Of a DNA stretch of 64,000 nt, positions 40,256-49,703 are shown in pieces. A model generated the notes under the pieces. That model had not been told where the DNA came from and searched no databases. It was given only the letters and a program-made list of their open reading frames with translations. Origin of the DNA: Candidatus Latescibacterota bacterium (GTDB lineage: Bacteria; Latescibacterota; UBA2968; UBA8231); the NCBI GenBank assembly GCA_965206595.1, contig OZ242214.1, positions 4,160,001-4,224,000 of the forward strand. The letters are read 5' to 3'. A program made the position numbers and the translations under genes. Numbering within the stretch: position 1 is the stretch's first letter; each line of letters opens with the position of its first letter.

Positions 40256-41946
40256 TCAGCGGAGGCGGTCCCGCCTGACTTCGATCAGGCGGTTCACCTC
40301 GGGGTCCTGCACAACCTGCACCTCGCCGTCGGGCCAGCGGATTTCCAGTCCCTCGACGGCCCTCTCGAATCCCAGGCCGAAGTGCAGCCTCGTGTCGTCC
40401 TGCGAGAGATAGCCGGTGCCTGCCCGCACCTCGCGGATCTGCGAGACCCCGCCGGCGATCACCTCGACGCGGGCGCCGACAGCCTGGGTGTTGCGCCCTC
40501 TCTGGACGAGCTTGACCATGAGCCAGTTGCCGCGGTTTCCGCCGTCATTTCGGAGCAAGGTCGGCCGCGAATCCTGGTTAACGACGAGAATGTCGAGGTC
40601 ACCGTCGTCGTCGAAGTCGGCAAAGGCGGAGCTCCTGCTGGAAGCGGCGATGGCGAATCCGCTCCCCGAGCTCCCCGATATATCCATGAAGACGCCGTCC
40701 TCGTTCTCGAACAGCTGATTGCCCTGGGCGTAGCTCGAACCCACCCCGTGGCCGTCGACGGCAGGGTATACGTGGCCGTTGGCGACGAGCAGGTCTTCGT
40801 CCCCGTCGTTGTCGGCGTCGAAGAAGCCGGTGCCCCATCCGAGCTCGGTGAAGCTGGCGGCCCCCAGCCCCGCCGCGGAGCTGGCGTCGAGGAAAATTGC
40901 GTTTCCCATGTTCCGGTACAGGGTGTTGTAGTCGTTGGCGAAGTTGGTCACGAAGAGGTCGAAGTCGCCGTCGCGGTCGTAGTCCCCTACGGCGATCCCC
41001 ATGCTGGCCTGCTCCAGACCATTTTCGCTCAGCGCCGCACCGCTGAGCTGCGCCATCTCCTCGAACCGGCCGCGGTGGTTGCGGTAGAGCAGGTTCGGGG
41101 TCGAATCGTTGGCGACGTAGAGATCCGGGTCCCCGTCGTTGTCGAAATCCCCGGCGACGGCACCGAGGCCGTAGTAGCGGCTGCCGGCCAACCCGAATTC
41201 ATCGTTGGCAACCGAAAAGGACCAGGACCCTGCCGGACCGTTGTTGCGGTAGATGAGATCGCCTGCCCCGGCCAGCCCGGTCGGCCCGCAGAAGACGTCG
41301 AGACCCCTCCAGCGGCACAGATTCGGGTCCGGGGGCCGGTACCCCGGGTCGAAGTCGATGTAGTTGCTGAGGTAGAAGTCGAGATCCCCGTCGCCGTCGA
41401 AATCGGCGAACGCCGCGGCCGACCCCCAACCGGGGTGGGCGACTCCCGCCTGGGAGGCGACGTCGGCGAAGACCCCTTCGCTGTTCCGGTACAGGGCGTT
41501 GGGGCCGTAGTTCGCCAGGAAGAGATCGACCCAGCCGTCGGCGTTGTAGTCCGCCGCGGTGCACCCCATGCCCCAGCCGGGGTGATCGACTCCCGCGGCC
41601 GCTCCGACATCGGTGAAGCGCCAGCCACCGTCGTTGCGGAACAGGGTGGCACGCGGTTCATCCCCTTTTTCGAAGCCGCCGAGCCGGGAACCGTTGACGA
41701 TGTAGATGTCGACGTCGCCGTCGTTGTCGTAGTCGAACACCGCGGTGCCGCCCGTGGTGCTTTCGACTATGTACTCCTTGGCCGGAGTTCCTGAAACGGT
41801 GAGAAGGTCGACTCCGCTGGCCGCGGCGACGTCGACGAACGCCGGTCTCTGTCTGGCCTGGGGATGCGGGCTGGCATCCGCGCCAGGGTAGAGGCGGCAA
41901 TCAACGCCGAAAGGGCGCCAGCAACCTGCAACCCGCGCACACTCAC
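40256..41946 (-). CDS. CRTAC1 / ASPIC-UnbV family protein with an apparent frameshift near the signal peptide
   Basis: The main frame extends upstream of 41740 (AFVDVAAASGVD...KEYIVESTTGG) with no start codon. The signal peptide (VSVRGLQVAGALSALIAASTLA, GTG overlapping the TPR stop) is in another frame; the shift lies near 41845-41885. Confidence 0.8.
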
Positions 41947-43493
41947 CGGGACTCGAGCTGGTCGATCCGCGTGCGCACCTCGCCCAGGCCTTCGTCTCCC
42001 GGAGAGGCGTTTGCGACGAAGCCGCGGTAAGCCGCCAGGGCCGCCTGGAGATCGCCCTGCCGTTCGCGCGCCTTCGCCAGGGCGAGATGGCCCTGGGTCA
42101 AGGAAGGTCTGAGCTCCATCAGGCGCTCAAGTTCGACGATAGCCTGGTCCAGCCTTCCCTGGCGTTCCAGGCAGGTGGCGAGGCCGTAGCGCGCGCCCGC
42201 CAAGTCCGGCGACTGCCGCAGCGCCGCCAGGTAGGCGACCTCGGCGGCCGCGAGTTGACCCTGCATCGCCCGCACGTTTCCGAGGCCGACGTGGGCATCA
42301 GCGAACGAGCTGTCGAGGGAGACCGCCCGCGCGAACGCTGCGGCCGCTTCTTCCAGCATGCCCTCGCGCGCCCCGGTGTAGCCGACGACGTAGTAGGCGC
42401 GGCTTGTGACCGCAACCGCCGGAGAGGCAGAGATCGCCCTGCGTGCCCGGCGCATCGCCGCCTCCTGTTTTCCCTGGTGCAGCAGCAGCCGGCTCGACCC
42501 GGCCAGCGCCTGCACCTGACCGGGCTGCCGCTGAAGAAGGGCGTCGAAGGCGTCGAGAGCTTCGTCGATTTCCCCGACCTCGGAGAGCGTAGCCGCCAAT
42601 TGGAGGTAGATCTCGGCACCTGCGTTTCCCCTTGAGATGGTGCGTTGCAGGCGCTCGGCGAGGTCGGTGTGATGGCTGAGGCGCTCGAACTCCTCCAACT
42701 GGTTCTGCGCCTCCCCCGAACGGCCCTGGATGGCCAACAGGTTGGCGAGGTTGTGATGCAGCTTCTCGTGCCCAGGCATGATCTTCAAGGCGCGCCGGAA
42801 CAGCTCTTCCGCTTCCCGGTAGCGGCCGGTGCTGGTCAGGACGAGCCCGAGCTCGCGCAGGGATTCGACGTCCTGGCTATCGACTGCCAGGGCCTGGCGA
42901 AACGCCGCCTCCGCCTCTTCCCGGCGCCCGAGCATCCTCATGAAGTTTCCCTGCGCCTGGTGCGACCGCACGTCCATGGAATCGGCTCGGATCGCACGTA
43001 TGAGGGCCTCTTCCGCCTCGGCGTATTCTCCCTGCTGTTTGTGGAAAAAAGCCACGAAGCGGTGGGACTCGGCGGCCCCCGGATCGATTCGCAGGGCCCG
43101 GTGCAACTGCTCCAGGGCCTCCGGGTACCGTCCCTGCTCGCCGTAGGCCGCGGCGAGGTTGTGATAGGAAGCGAGGAAAGTCGAATCGAGGCGGATGGCG
43201 GTCCGGTAAGCGGCTATGGCATCCTCCCAGCGCCAGAGGCCGACGTAGGCGTTTCCCAGGTAGCAGTAGGCGGAGGCGTACAGGGAATCCACGGCGATGG
43301 CGGCGCCGTAAGCCTCGGCGGCATCCAGAAATCGGCCTTCCTGGAGGTGGGCGTTGCCCTGCAGGTAGTGACGGCCCCTTTCCGGATGCGCGCGAGGCGG
43401 CGATACCGCGGGCGGGCCTGGCTCGCAACCGGAGATAGAGCCGGCCAGCAGCCAACAGAGCAGGTGGGTGGCGGGGCGGCGGGCGGTGCCCAA
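41943..43493 (-). CDS. Tetratricopeptide-repeat lipoprotein
   Basis: TTG after GGAGG, lipobox-like ISGC, and many TPRs (A...LG..Y...G....A...Y..A..LD). Confidence 0.88.
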   Translation of the reverse strand: MGTARRPATHLLCWLLAGSISGCEPGPPAVSPPRAHPERGRHYLQGNAHLQEGRFLDAAEAYGAAIAVDSLYASAYCYLGNAYVGLWRWEDAIAAYRTAIRLDSTFLASYHNLAAAYGEQGRYPEALEQLHRALRIDPGAAESHRFVAFFHKQQGEYAEAEEALIRAIRADSMDVRSHQAQGNFMRMLGRREEAEAAFRQALAVDSQDVESLRELGLVLTSTGRYREAEELFRRALKIMPGHEKLHHNLANLLAIQGRSGEAQNQLEEFERLSHHTDLAERLQRTISRGNAGAEIYLQLAATLSEVGEIDEALDAFDALLQRQPGQVQALAGSSRLLLHQGKQEAAMRRARRAISASPAVAVTSRAYYVVGYTGAREGMLEEAAAAFARAVSLDSSFADAHVGLGNVRAMQGQLAAAEVAYLAALRQSPDLAGARYGLATCLERQGRLDQAIVELERLMELRPSLTQGHLALAKARERQGDLQAALAAYRGFVANASPGDEGLGEVRTRIDQLESR

Positions 43494-43494
43494 G

Positions 43495-45705
43495 TCAGAG
43501 GCCTCCCAGTCTGTACCTGGCGAGGTCGAGTTGTGTGAACCGATCCCCTCCTTCGACGATCTCGATGAAGGCATCCATCGGAACATCCGCGAACAGCTGG
43601 GTTTCACCCGTCGCCGGCCAGTACACCTCGAGGTTTTCGATCCGGTCGGCGTTCCCGAGACCGATGGTCTGGCGCAGGGGGTTGGCCCCGAAGGAGCCGC
43701 CGCTGTCGACCGTCTTGTAGATGAATCGATGCCCGTCGGGGGCCGCAACCCCGACCATGATGCGGGCCCCGAGGGCGGAGCGGTTGGACCTGGCTCCCAC
43801 CAGCCTGACCGACAGCCAGTGATTGCCGAACCCGGGGTTTTCGTAGAGGCTGTCGCTGTAGCGGTCGCCCGGGTAGGCGCCTCCCATCTCGGCGAACACG
43901 TCCTGGTCCCCGTCGTTGTCGAAATCGGCGAAGGCGATCCCGTGCCCCTTCTGCAGGTGCCCGAGGCCGGACGCCGCGGTGACGTCGAGAAAGCGCATGC
44001 CCGCGTCGTTTCGGTACAGCATGTTCGGCATCAGGTCCTCGTAATGCACGTCACCGGTCCCGAGGTAGAAGTCGAGGAAGCCGTCGTTGTCGATGTCCCC
44101 GAAGTTGGAGCCCATCGGCGTCGCCGGGCGCATCAGGTTGAAATCGGCGGCTACGTCGGCAAAGCCCCCGGTCCCGTCGTTGCGGTACAGCCGTGCCATC
44201 TCGGCATCGTGCGGCAACCCGAGGTAGGATGCCGCCAGATGCTCGACGCCGGCCTCGTAGGAGGCGACGTAGAGATCGAGATCCCCGTCGTTGTCGAAGT
44301 CCCAGAACCAGCAGGGAAAGCTCGACCTCGGCCAGGCCACCCCGAGCTGCATGGCGACGTCGGTGAAGGTGCCGTCCCGGTTGTTGCGGTACAGCCGGTT
44401 GAATCCGTCGAGATTGGAAACGTACAGATCGGGAAAACCGTCGCCGTCGTAGTCGCCCCAGATCACACCTTTCGAAAAGCGGTGGTTGGCGACCCCGGCC
44501 TGGATCGCGCTCTCCTCGAAGCGGCCGTTTCCCTGATTCCGGAACAGCTGGCAGGGAGCGGAGAGCTTCCCCGTCGTCTCGTTGCCGACGTAGAGGTCGA
44601 GGTCGCCGTCGAGGTCGCAATCCGCCCAGGAGGCGGTCTGGGTTGGGAAATGCTCCTCTCCCAGCCCGGCGGCGAAGGTGACGTCCGCGAAGCCGGTGCC
44701 GCCATCGTTGCGCAGAAGGGAGTTCGGATGGCGCCCCGCCCTTCCTGACCAGGCCCCCCGCAGCACCAGGGCGTCGAGGAAGCCATCGGCGTCGTAGTCC
44801 GCCTGGACCAGGTTCAACCCTCCGTAAATCCCCTTCAGTCCCGCTTTCTCCGTGGCGTCGGCGAAGGTTCCGTCGGCGCGGTTGCGGAAGAACCGCAGCT
44901 GACCGCGCGTGTCCCAGTTGGAGACGAGCAGATCGAGGTGGTAGTCGTTGTCGAAATCGTCGGCGACGACTCCTCCCGAGAGGCCGAAGGTGTTCACCCC
45001 GAGCCGAGGGGCGACGTTTTGCAGCTGCGGGAATTGCGCTTCGGACTGGAACGCCTGCAGCGGGATCAGCAAGTCCGGCGGCAGCGAGTGCGGGTGCTCT
45101 CCGAGGGTCATGCTGGCGATGTTGAGCAGCCATCGCGCCTGCATCCCCTGCTTCGAACCGCGGGGGGCTGCTTGGCGCAGCACCTCCCTGAAATAACCGG
45201 CGGCCCGGCGGGAACCTTCCTCCATCTTGTGAATGCCTCCCTCGCGGATCGGCAAAATGCAGCTTTCCGGGGTAAAGCGCAGGCAGCAGTTCTCGGTCTC
45301 GCCAAGGCGCAGGTAGGCGAGCCCGAGCCGGAAATCCAGTTCCGAGGCGACTGCCGGATTGCGGTCCGGCAGCGCCATGTACTGGGATTTCGCCGAATCC
45401 AGCCGCGCGATCGCTTCCCGCTCGCGCCCCAGGTAGAGGAGGGCGATTCCGAGCCGGAAATTCAGGCTGGAGCCGGTTTCTCCTGAGGCGTCAGCTGGCA
45501 ATGCCGACAGCTGCAGCTCCAGGCGTCTCGCCTCGGCGACTCCGAGGTAGGGGTGTTCATCCCCGGTGCGCTCGGCCACCTCGGCAAGGGCGCGAACCAT
45601 GCGCTCGTGACTCGAGCGCGCCTGTGCGGGCGTTATCTCCGCAGCGACCTGGCTGCAAAGGGAGAGGAATGTCAGGACGATCGCCGTACCGCCTGTCGGG
45701 ATCAC
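43495..45705 (-). CDS. CRTAC1 / ASPIC-UnbV family protein with an N-terminal TPR-like region and ENCC...CI.P motif
   Basis: LG.AYLRLGE.ENCC, FG-GAP repeats, GHLQKGHG and the C-terminal ASPIC domain (SGGSFG.NP...GLG). Start approximate. Confidence 0.88.
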   Translation of the reverse strand: MIPTGGTAIVLTFLSLCSQVAAEITPAQARSSHERMVRALAEVAERTGDEHPYLGVAEARRLELQLSALPADASGETGSSLNFRLGIALLYLGREREAIARLDSAKSQYMALPDRNPAVASELDFRLGLAYLRLGETENCCLRFTPESCILPIREGGIHKMEEGSRRAAGYFREVLRQAAPRGSKQGMQARWLLNIASMTLGEHPHSLPPDLLIPLQAFQSEAQFPQLQNVAPRLGVNTFGLSGGVVADDFDNDYHLDLLVSNWDTRGQLRFFRNRADGTFADATEKAGLKGIYGGLNLVQADYDADGFLDALVLRGAWSGRAGRHPNSLLRNDGGTGFADVTFAAGLGEEHFPTQTASWADCDLDGDLDLYVGNETTGKLSAPCQLFRNQGNGRFEESAIQAGVANHRFSKGVIWGDYDGDGFPDLYVSNLDGFNRLYRNNRDGTFTDVAMQLGVAWPRSSFPCWFWDFDNDGDLDLYVASYEAGVEHLAASYLGLPHDAEMARLYRNDGTGGFADVAADFNLMRPATPMGSNFGDIDNDGFLDFYLGTGDVHYEDLMPNMLYRNDAGMRFLDVTAASGLGHLQKGHGIAFADFDNDGDQDVFAEMGGAYPGDRYSDSLYENPGFGNHWLSVRLVGARSNRSALGARIMVGVAAPDGHRFIYKTVDSGGSFGANPLRQTIGLGNADRIENLEVYWPATGETQLFADVPMDAFIEIVEGGDRFTQLDLARYRLGGL

Positions 45706-45765
45706 CAGTTTTGCGGATGGACGGAAGGAAGGGGTATGTGGAAAGCAGGGGACCGGGATCGGCCC

Positions 45766-45804
45766 AAGAAAAAGGGGGGATGCACGATCCGTGCACCCCC
45801 CCTT
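45766..45804 (-). terminator. Rho-independent terminator
   Basis: Minus strand reads G-run + TGCACG-GAT-CGTGCA-TCCCCCC then TTTTTCTT, about 30 nt after the stop at 45836. Confidence 0.8.
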
Positions 45805-45835
45805 GACGCGGAATCGGACCTGAGGTCCGGAGGAT

Positions 45836-46759
45836 CTACTGTACGAAGGCTTCCTTGATACGGCCCCAGGAATCCTCTTCGACCGCGGTCGCGAAATCGA
45901 CGCGCGGATCGACCGGGGCAAGAAGGAAGTCGGAAGCAGAAGCCGAGGTCTTCCATGCATCGGCGGCGCCGGACATGAACCAGGTCTCTACCGGCGGCTT
46001 CTCCTCGTTGGTGCCGGAGCCGTCCTGGTCGCCGAACATCCACCCCAGACCGATGACGCTCTCCTCTTGGAGGTCGGTCTGAACCGAGGCGCCCGGATCG
46101 TTCCAGATGAACTCGTCCCACATCACGCGGTTGAACTCGATGTAGACGGTGGCCTCGCCCTGGTTCAGCTGGCCGTCGATCGTGAAGCCCCAATCCATGT
46201 ACTCGGGCTGGTCATGCCAGGTCGACTGGCTGACCCAGAACCACGCCCAGGTCTCGCCGCCTTCACCGGTGCTGCCGGGCAGGTCGGGGAAACGGGTGTG
46301 GTAGGTCTGAGCCCAGCGACCCTTGTTGAGAATGAGCTCTTCCTCGTCCGGGTAGTCATCGGCGCCGAACCAGAAGGCCTCGCCGCCGTGGTCGCCGTCG
46401 TGATGCATCTCGATGGTGTCGTCGCCGCCGGCTCCGCCGCCGACGCCGTCGCGATCGTAGAAATCATCGAAACGCTCGTCCATCACGTAGAGCTTGTTCT
46501 CGCTCTCGCTCCAGCCGACGATGACTTCGGAGTTGAGATCGCTGAAGTCGGTCGGGGGGTTGCCCTCGCCGTCGAGACAGATCGAGAAGGGAATGCGGTA
46601 ATCGTTCGGAACGATTTCCCATTCCGAAAGGTTGCCGTCCAAGGTGGGCTCGGTGCCGGCAGGCCACTGGAAGGCCTGCCAGACCTGCCCTTCGGGAGCA
46701 TGGGCGGAGGCTGCAGTCGCCAGACCCAGGCTCAGAACTAACGTCAAGAGGCGCTTCAT
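45836..46759 (-). CDS. Secreted acidic protein with a CBM9/DOMON-like fold and a short C-terminal TAVEEDSWGRIK tail
   Basis: Signal peptide MKRLLTLVLSLGLATAASA; P.LDG.LSEW, VGW.....LY, D.IE...DGDH.G and IGL.....D.D. Confidence 0.7.
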   Translation of the reverse strand: MKRLLTLVLSLGLATAASAHAPEGQVWQAFQWPAGTEPTLDGNLSEWEIVPNDYRIPFSICLDGEGNPPTDFSDLNSEVIVGWSESENKLYVMDERFDDFYDRDGVGGGAGGDDTIEMHHDGDHGGEAFWFGADDYPDEEELILNKGRWAQTYHTRFPDLPGSTGEGGETWAWFWVSQSTWHDQPEYMDWGFTIDGQLNQGEATVYIEFNRVMWDEFIWNDPGASVQTDLQEESVIGLGWMFGDQDGSGTNEEKPPVETWFMSGAADAWKTSASASDFLLAPVDPRVDFATAVEEDSWGRIKEAFVQ

Positions 46760-46862
46760 TTCGGTGATTTCCTCCGTTGAGAGATTGAGGTTGGCGCCAA
46801 ACAAACGGGAAAGATACGGCAGTTTCTGGGGAAATTCAAATCGAATCTCTGGAGCAGCGGGA

Positions 46863-48371
46863 TCAAGGGGACGCGAGCCGCGCCAGCCCCTGCCTGGCCT
46901 GCACCTTCAGGGCATCGCTCCCTGTCCAATTTCTGAGAAAGCTAGCGTACGCTTCCCGGGCCGCCGCGTGGCGCCCGAGCTGCTCCTGAGCTTCGCCAAG
47001 GGCAAGGAGGGCTTCGCTGCGGCCGGGGTCGAGGTGCAGGGCCCGCTCTAGATGGGGGATTGCCTCCTCGAACTTCTCCTCGAGCACGCGGACGGTGCCG
47101 AGGCCGTGATGCGCGGCGGCCAGTCCGGAATTGATTCCAAGGGCTGATTTGTACGCCGCGGCTGCCCGGAGAAAATCCCCCTGCAGGGTGAGGACCTTAC
47201 CCAGATTGTAATGGAGCTCGGCGCTGCCAACGTCCTGGGCGAGGCCGTCGCGCAGGGCCCGGGCTGCCTGTTCGAGCTGACCGGACTGCGCCAGCACCAG
47301 TCCCAGGACCGAATAGGCTTTGGCGATGGCCGCAGGTTCCGGGTCCATGGCGATCACCCGGCGTGCCAGCCTGGCCGCCTGCTTCAGATTCCCCTGGTTC
47401 AGATGAAGCTGCGCCATCCTTTCCAGTCCCTCGACTTTTTCAGGATCTAGCTCCACCACCGCGGTGTAGGTATCGAGCGCTTCCTGGCTGCGGCCCATTC
47501 GTTCGAGAATCTCTCCCAGGGCCATGCGCGCTTCCAGGTGATCGGGGCGCTCGGCGATTCCTGTGCGCAGCGTCGCCGCCCGTTCTTCGAGCTGGTTGAG
47601 GCGTTCGAAGCGGCCCCGGTGAGCGCCTGCCTCCTCGCTTCGGCCCATCAGCTCCAGGAGTTCTCCAAGGTCTCGATGCGCCTCTGCGTGGGTCGAATCG
47701 AGCCGTATCGCCGTCTCCAGGGCGGCGACCGCCTGGTCGACCTGCTGCGACTCGATGTAGGTGTTCCACAGCCCCTTCCAGCTCTCCCTGTCGAGGGAAT
47801 CCAGACCGACCGCCAGCAGAAGCTGATCCTCGGCAAGGCCGTAGCGTCCCAGTTCACGGTAGAGCGCACCGAGGTTGCGCAGGGTCTCGGCATCCCCGGG
47901 GTCGGTCCGCAAGGCGGCGAGCAACGCTTGTTCGGCCGCTTCGAAGCGGTGCTGCTGTCCGTAGATGAAGGCAAGCGAACGGTGCGCCGCAGCATCGGAG
48001 GGATCGAGGCGCAGTGCCTTCTGAAGCTGCTCGATGCCATCGTCGAAGCGGCCCTGTTCGAGGTAGGCGATGGCGAGGTTGTGGCGCGCCGAGACAACGG
48101 TTGAATCGAGCCGGATTCCGCGCTCGTAAGCCGCCTTCGCCTCGGAGAAATACTTGAGCTGGAGGTAGGTGAATCCGAGGCCGAAATGCGCCTGCGCCCT
48201 GAGGGAGTCGCGGGCGACCGCCTTGCGGTAGAGTTCGAGGGCATCGTCGTAGCGCTGCTGCTGCAGGTACAACCCTCCCAGCTCGAGCAGCTGGTCGAGC
48301 TGCCTGTTTTCGCTCCCGGTTTGCGATCTGTCGGCTGCGCAGGCGACGAATGCGAGGGCAATGGCAACCAT
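46863..48371 (-). CDS. Tetratricopeptide-repeat lipoprotein
   Basis: Lipobox-like FVAC and many consecutive TPRs. The start may lie slightly upstream. Confidence 0.88.
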   Translation of the reverse strand: MVAIALAFVACAADRSQTGSENRQLDQLLELGGLYLQQQRYDDALELYRKAVARDSLRAQAHFGLGFTYLQLKYFSEAKAAYERGIRLDSTVVSARHNLAIAYLEQGRFDDGIEQLQKALRLDPSDAAAHRSLAFIYGQQHRFEAAEQALLAALRTDPGDAETLRNLGALYRELGRYGLAEDQLLLAVGLDSLDRESWKGLWNTYIESQQVDQAVAALETAIRLDSTHAEAHRDLGELLELMGRSEEAGAHRGRFERLNQLEERAATLRTGIAERPDHLEARMALGEILERMGRSQEALDTYTAVVELDPEKVEGLERMAQLHLNQGNLKQAARLARRVIAMDPEPAAIAKAYSVLGLVLAQSGQLEQAARALRDGLAQDVGSAELHYNLGKVLTLQGDFLRAAAAYKSALGINSGLAAAHHGLGTVRVLEEKFEEAIPHLERALHLDPGRSEALLALGEAQEQLGRHAAAREAYASFLRNWTGSDALKVQARQGLARLASP

Positions 48372-48493
48372 CGAGCTGGTCTGCCCCAGGGGAGCGATGG
48401 AATGTGTAAAATTGTGGGTCAGCACTTTCCAGAATGTAAAGCACGAATGGAGGCTGGATGCCGAGCTGTCTTCAGGCCGCATGGGTTCGCCGC

Positions 48494-49657
48494 ATGGCCG
48501 TGGGTTTGCTTCGCGCAGTCCCGCGGATCCTGCTCGCCCTTGCCGCAGCCTGCCGAGGAGGCGATTCGATCTCCCGTGACGGCACGAGCTACCTGGTGTA
48601 CCTTGGCCGGGAAATCCAGCCGGCCCTCGAAGCCGCGGCTGCCGATCCGGTCCGCAAGATCGTCAAGGTCCACGCCGGGACCTATCGGCCCCAGCGGCCA
48701 GGGCAGGCGATGGTCTGGTTCAACGCCCGCCACGACGGGATCACCCTTGAGGCGGTCGGCGAGGTCGTGTTGACCGCCGCCAACCCGGATATCGCCGACC
48801 CCGCGGCCGAGAGCTTCCCCGCGGTCGTCAACCACGTCGTCTACTTCGGCGACGGCATTTCCGGAAACACCGTCCTGCGCGGATTCGAAATCACCGGAGC
48901 CAACCACTTCGTCACCCATCTCGAGGATCCGGTAGACATCCAGCCCAACAGCGAGGACGTGATCTGGAAGAAGGGGATGTTCTTCTACACCGACGGCGGC
49001 GGCATCAAGATTTTCGGCCGCTCCTACCCGACCGTCGACCGGGTCGAGGTGCGGGACAACTACACCAGTCCCTGCGGCGGCGGGGTGTCGATAGAGCACC
49101 GGGGCTTCAACGACCGGGAGGTTGTGTTCACCCACTGCATCTTCCGCGAAAACCGCTGCCAGGTCACCGGTTCGGCCGTCGACGTACTGACCGGCAGCGC
49201 CGCGGCTTTCGAGAACTGCCTGTTCGTCGGCAACGTCTCCAATACCGGGGTCGACTACATCGGCCGCCGCGACGGCTACGAGTACAACGTCGAGCACGGC
49301 TCCGGAGCCCTCACCGTGTTCCCCAATTCCCGGGTCGAGGTTCGCAACTGCACATTTACCGGCAACTGGAACGGCGCCGACGACAAGGGGACCGGCTCGG
49401 TCTACTCGCGGTCGATCTTTTGGAGAAACAACCTGCCGGGGGGCATTTCCCCCGGCCGCCGCTACGAGCTCGACATACTCGAAGGCGCCGGCGTAAGCGG
49501 CTGCTTCATCAACGGCGACATCGAGGATCTGCAGGGCACCCTGGACCCGGAAGCCAACGAAATGTCCGCATCGGACCCGGATTTCGACGCCCGTTTCCGA
49601 CCCCGAAATCCCGCCTACACCGGGGCAGGCTACCGGCCTGCACCCGAAATCCCATAA
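48494..49657 (+). CDS. Right-handed parallel beta-helix lipoprotein
   Basis: Lipobox LAAAC; IQ.AL, V.V.AGTY, GF.ITG, GGGI and C.F..N repeats. Confidence 0.8.
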   Translation: MAVGLLRAVPRILLALAAACRGGDSISRDGTSYLVYLGREIQPALEAAAADPVRKIVKVHAGTYRPQRPGQAMVWFNARHDGITLEAVGEVVLTAANPDIADPAAESFPAVVNHVVYFGDGISGNTVLRGFEITGANHFVTHLEDPVDIQPNSEDVIWKKGMFFYTDGGGIKIFGRSYPTVDRVEVRDNYTSPCGGGVSIEHRGFNDREVVFTHCIFRENRCQVTGSAVDVLTGSAAAFENCLFVGNVSNTGVDYIGRRDGYEYNVEHGSGALTVFPNSRVEVRNCTFTGNWNGADDKGTGSVYSRSIFWRNNLPGGISPGRRYELDILEGAGVSGCFINGDIEDLQGTLDPEANEMSASDPDFDARFRPRNPAYTGAGYRPAPEIP

Positions 49658-49703
49658 ATTGATATGGCACCCGAGACACGCACATGAGACGTGGGAGACT
49701 GAG

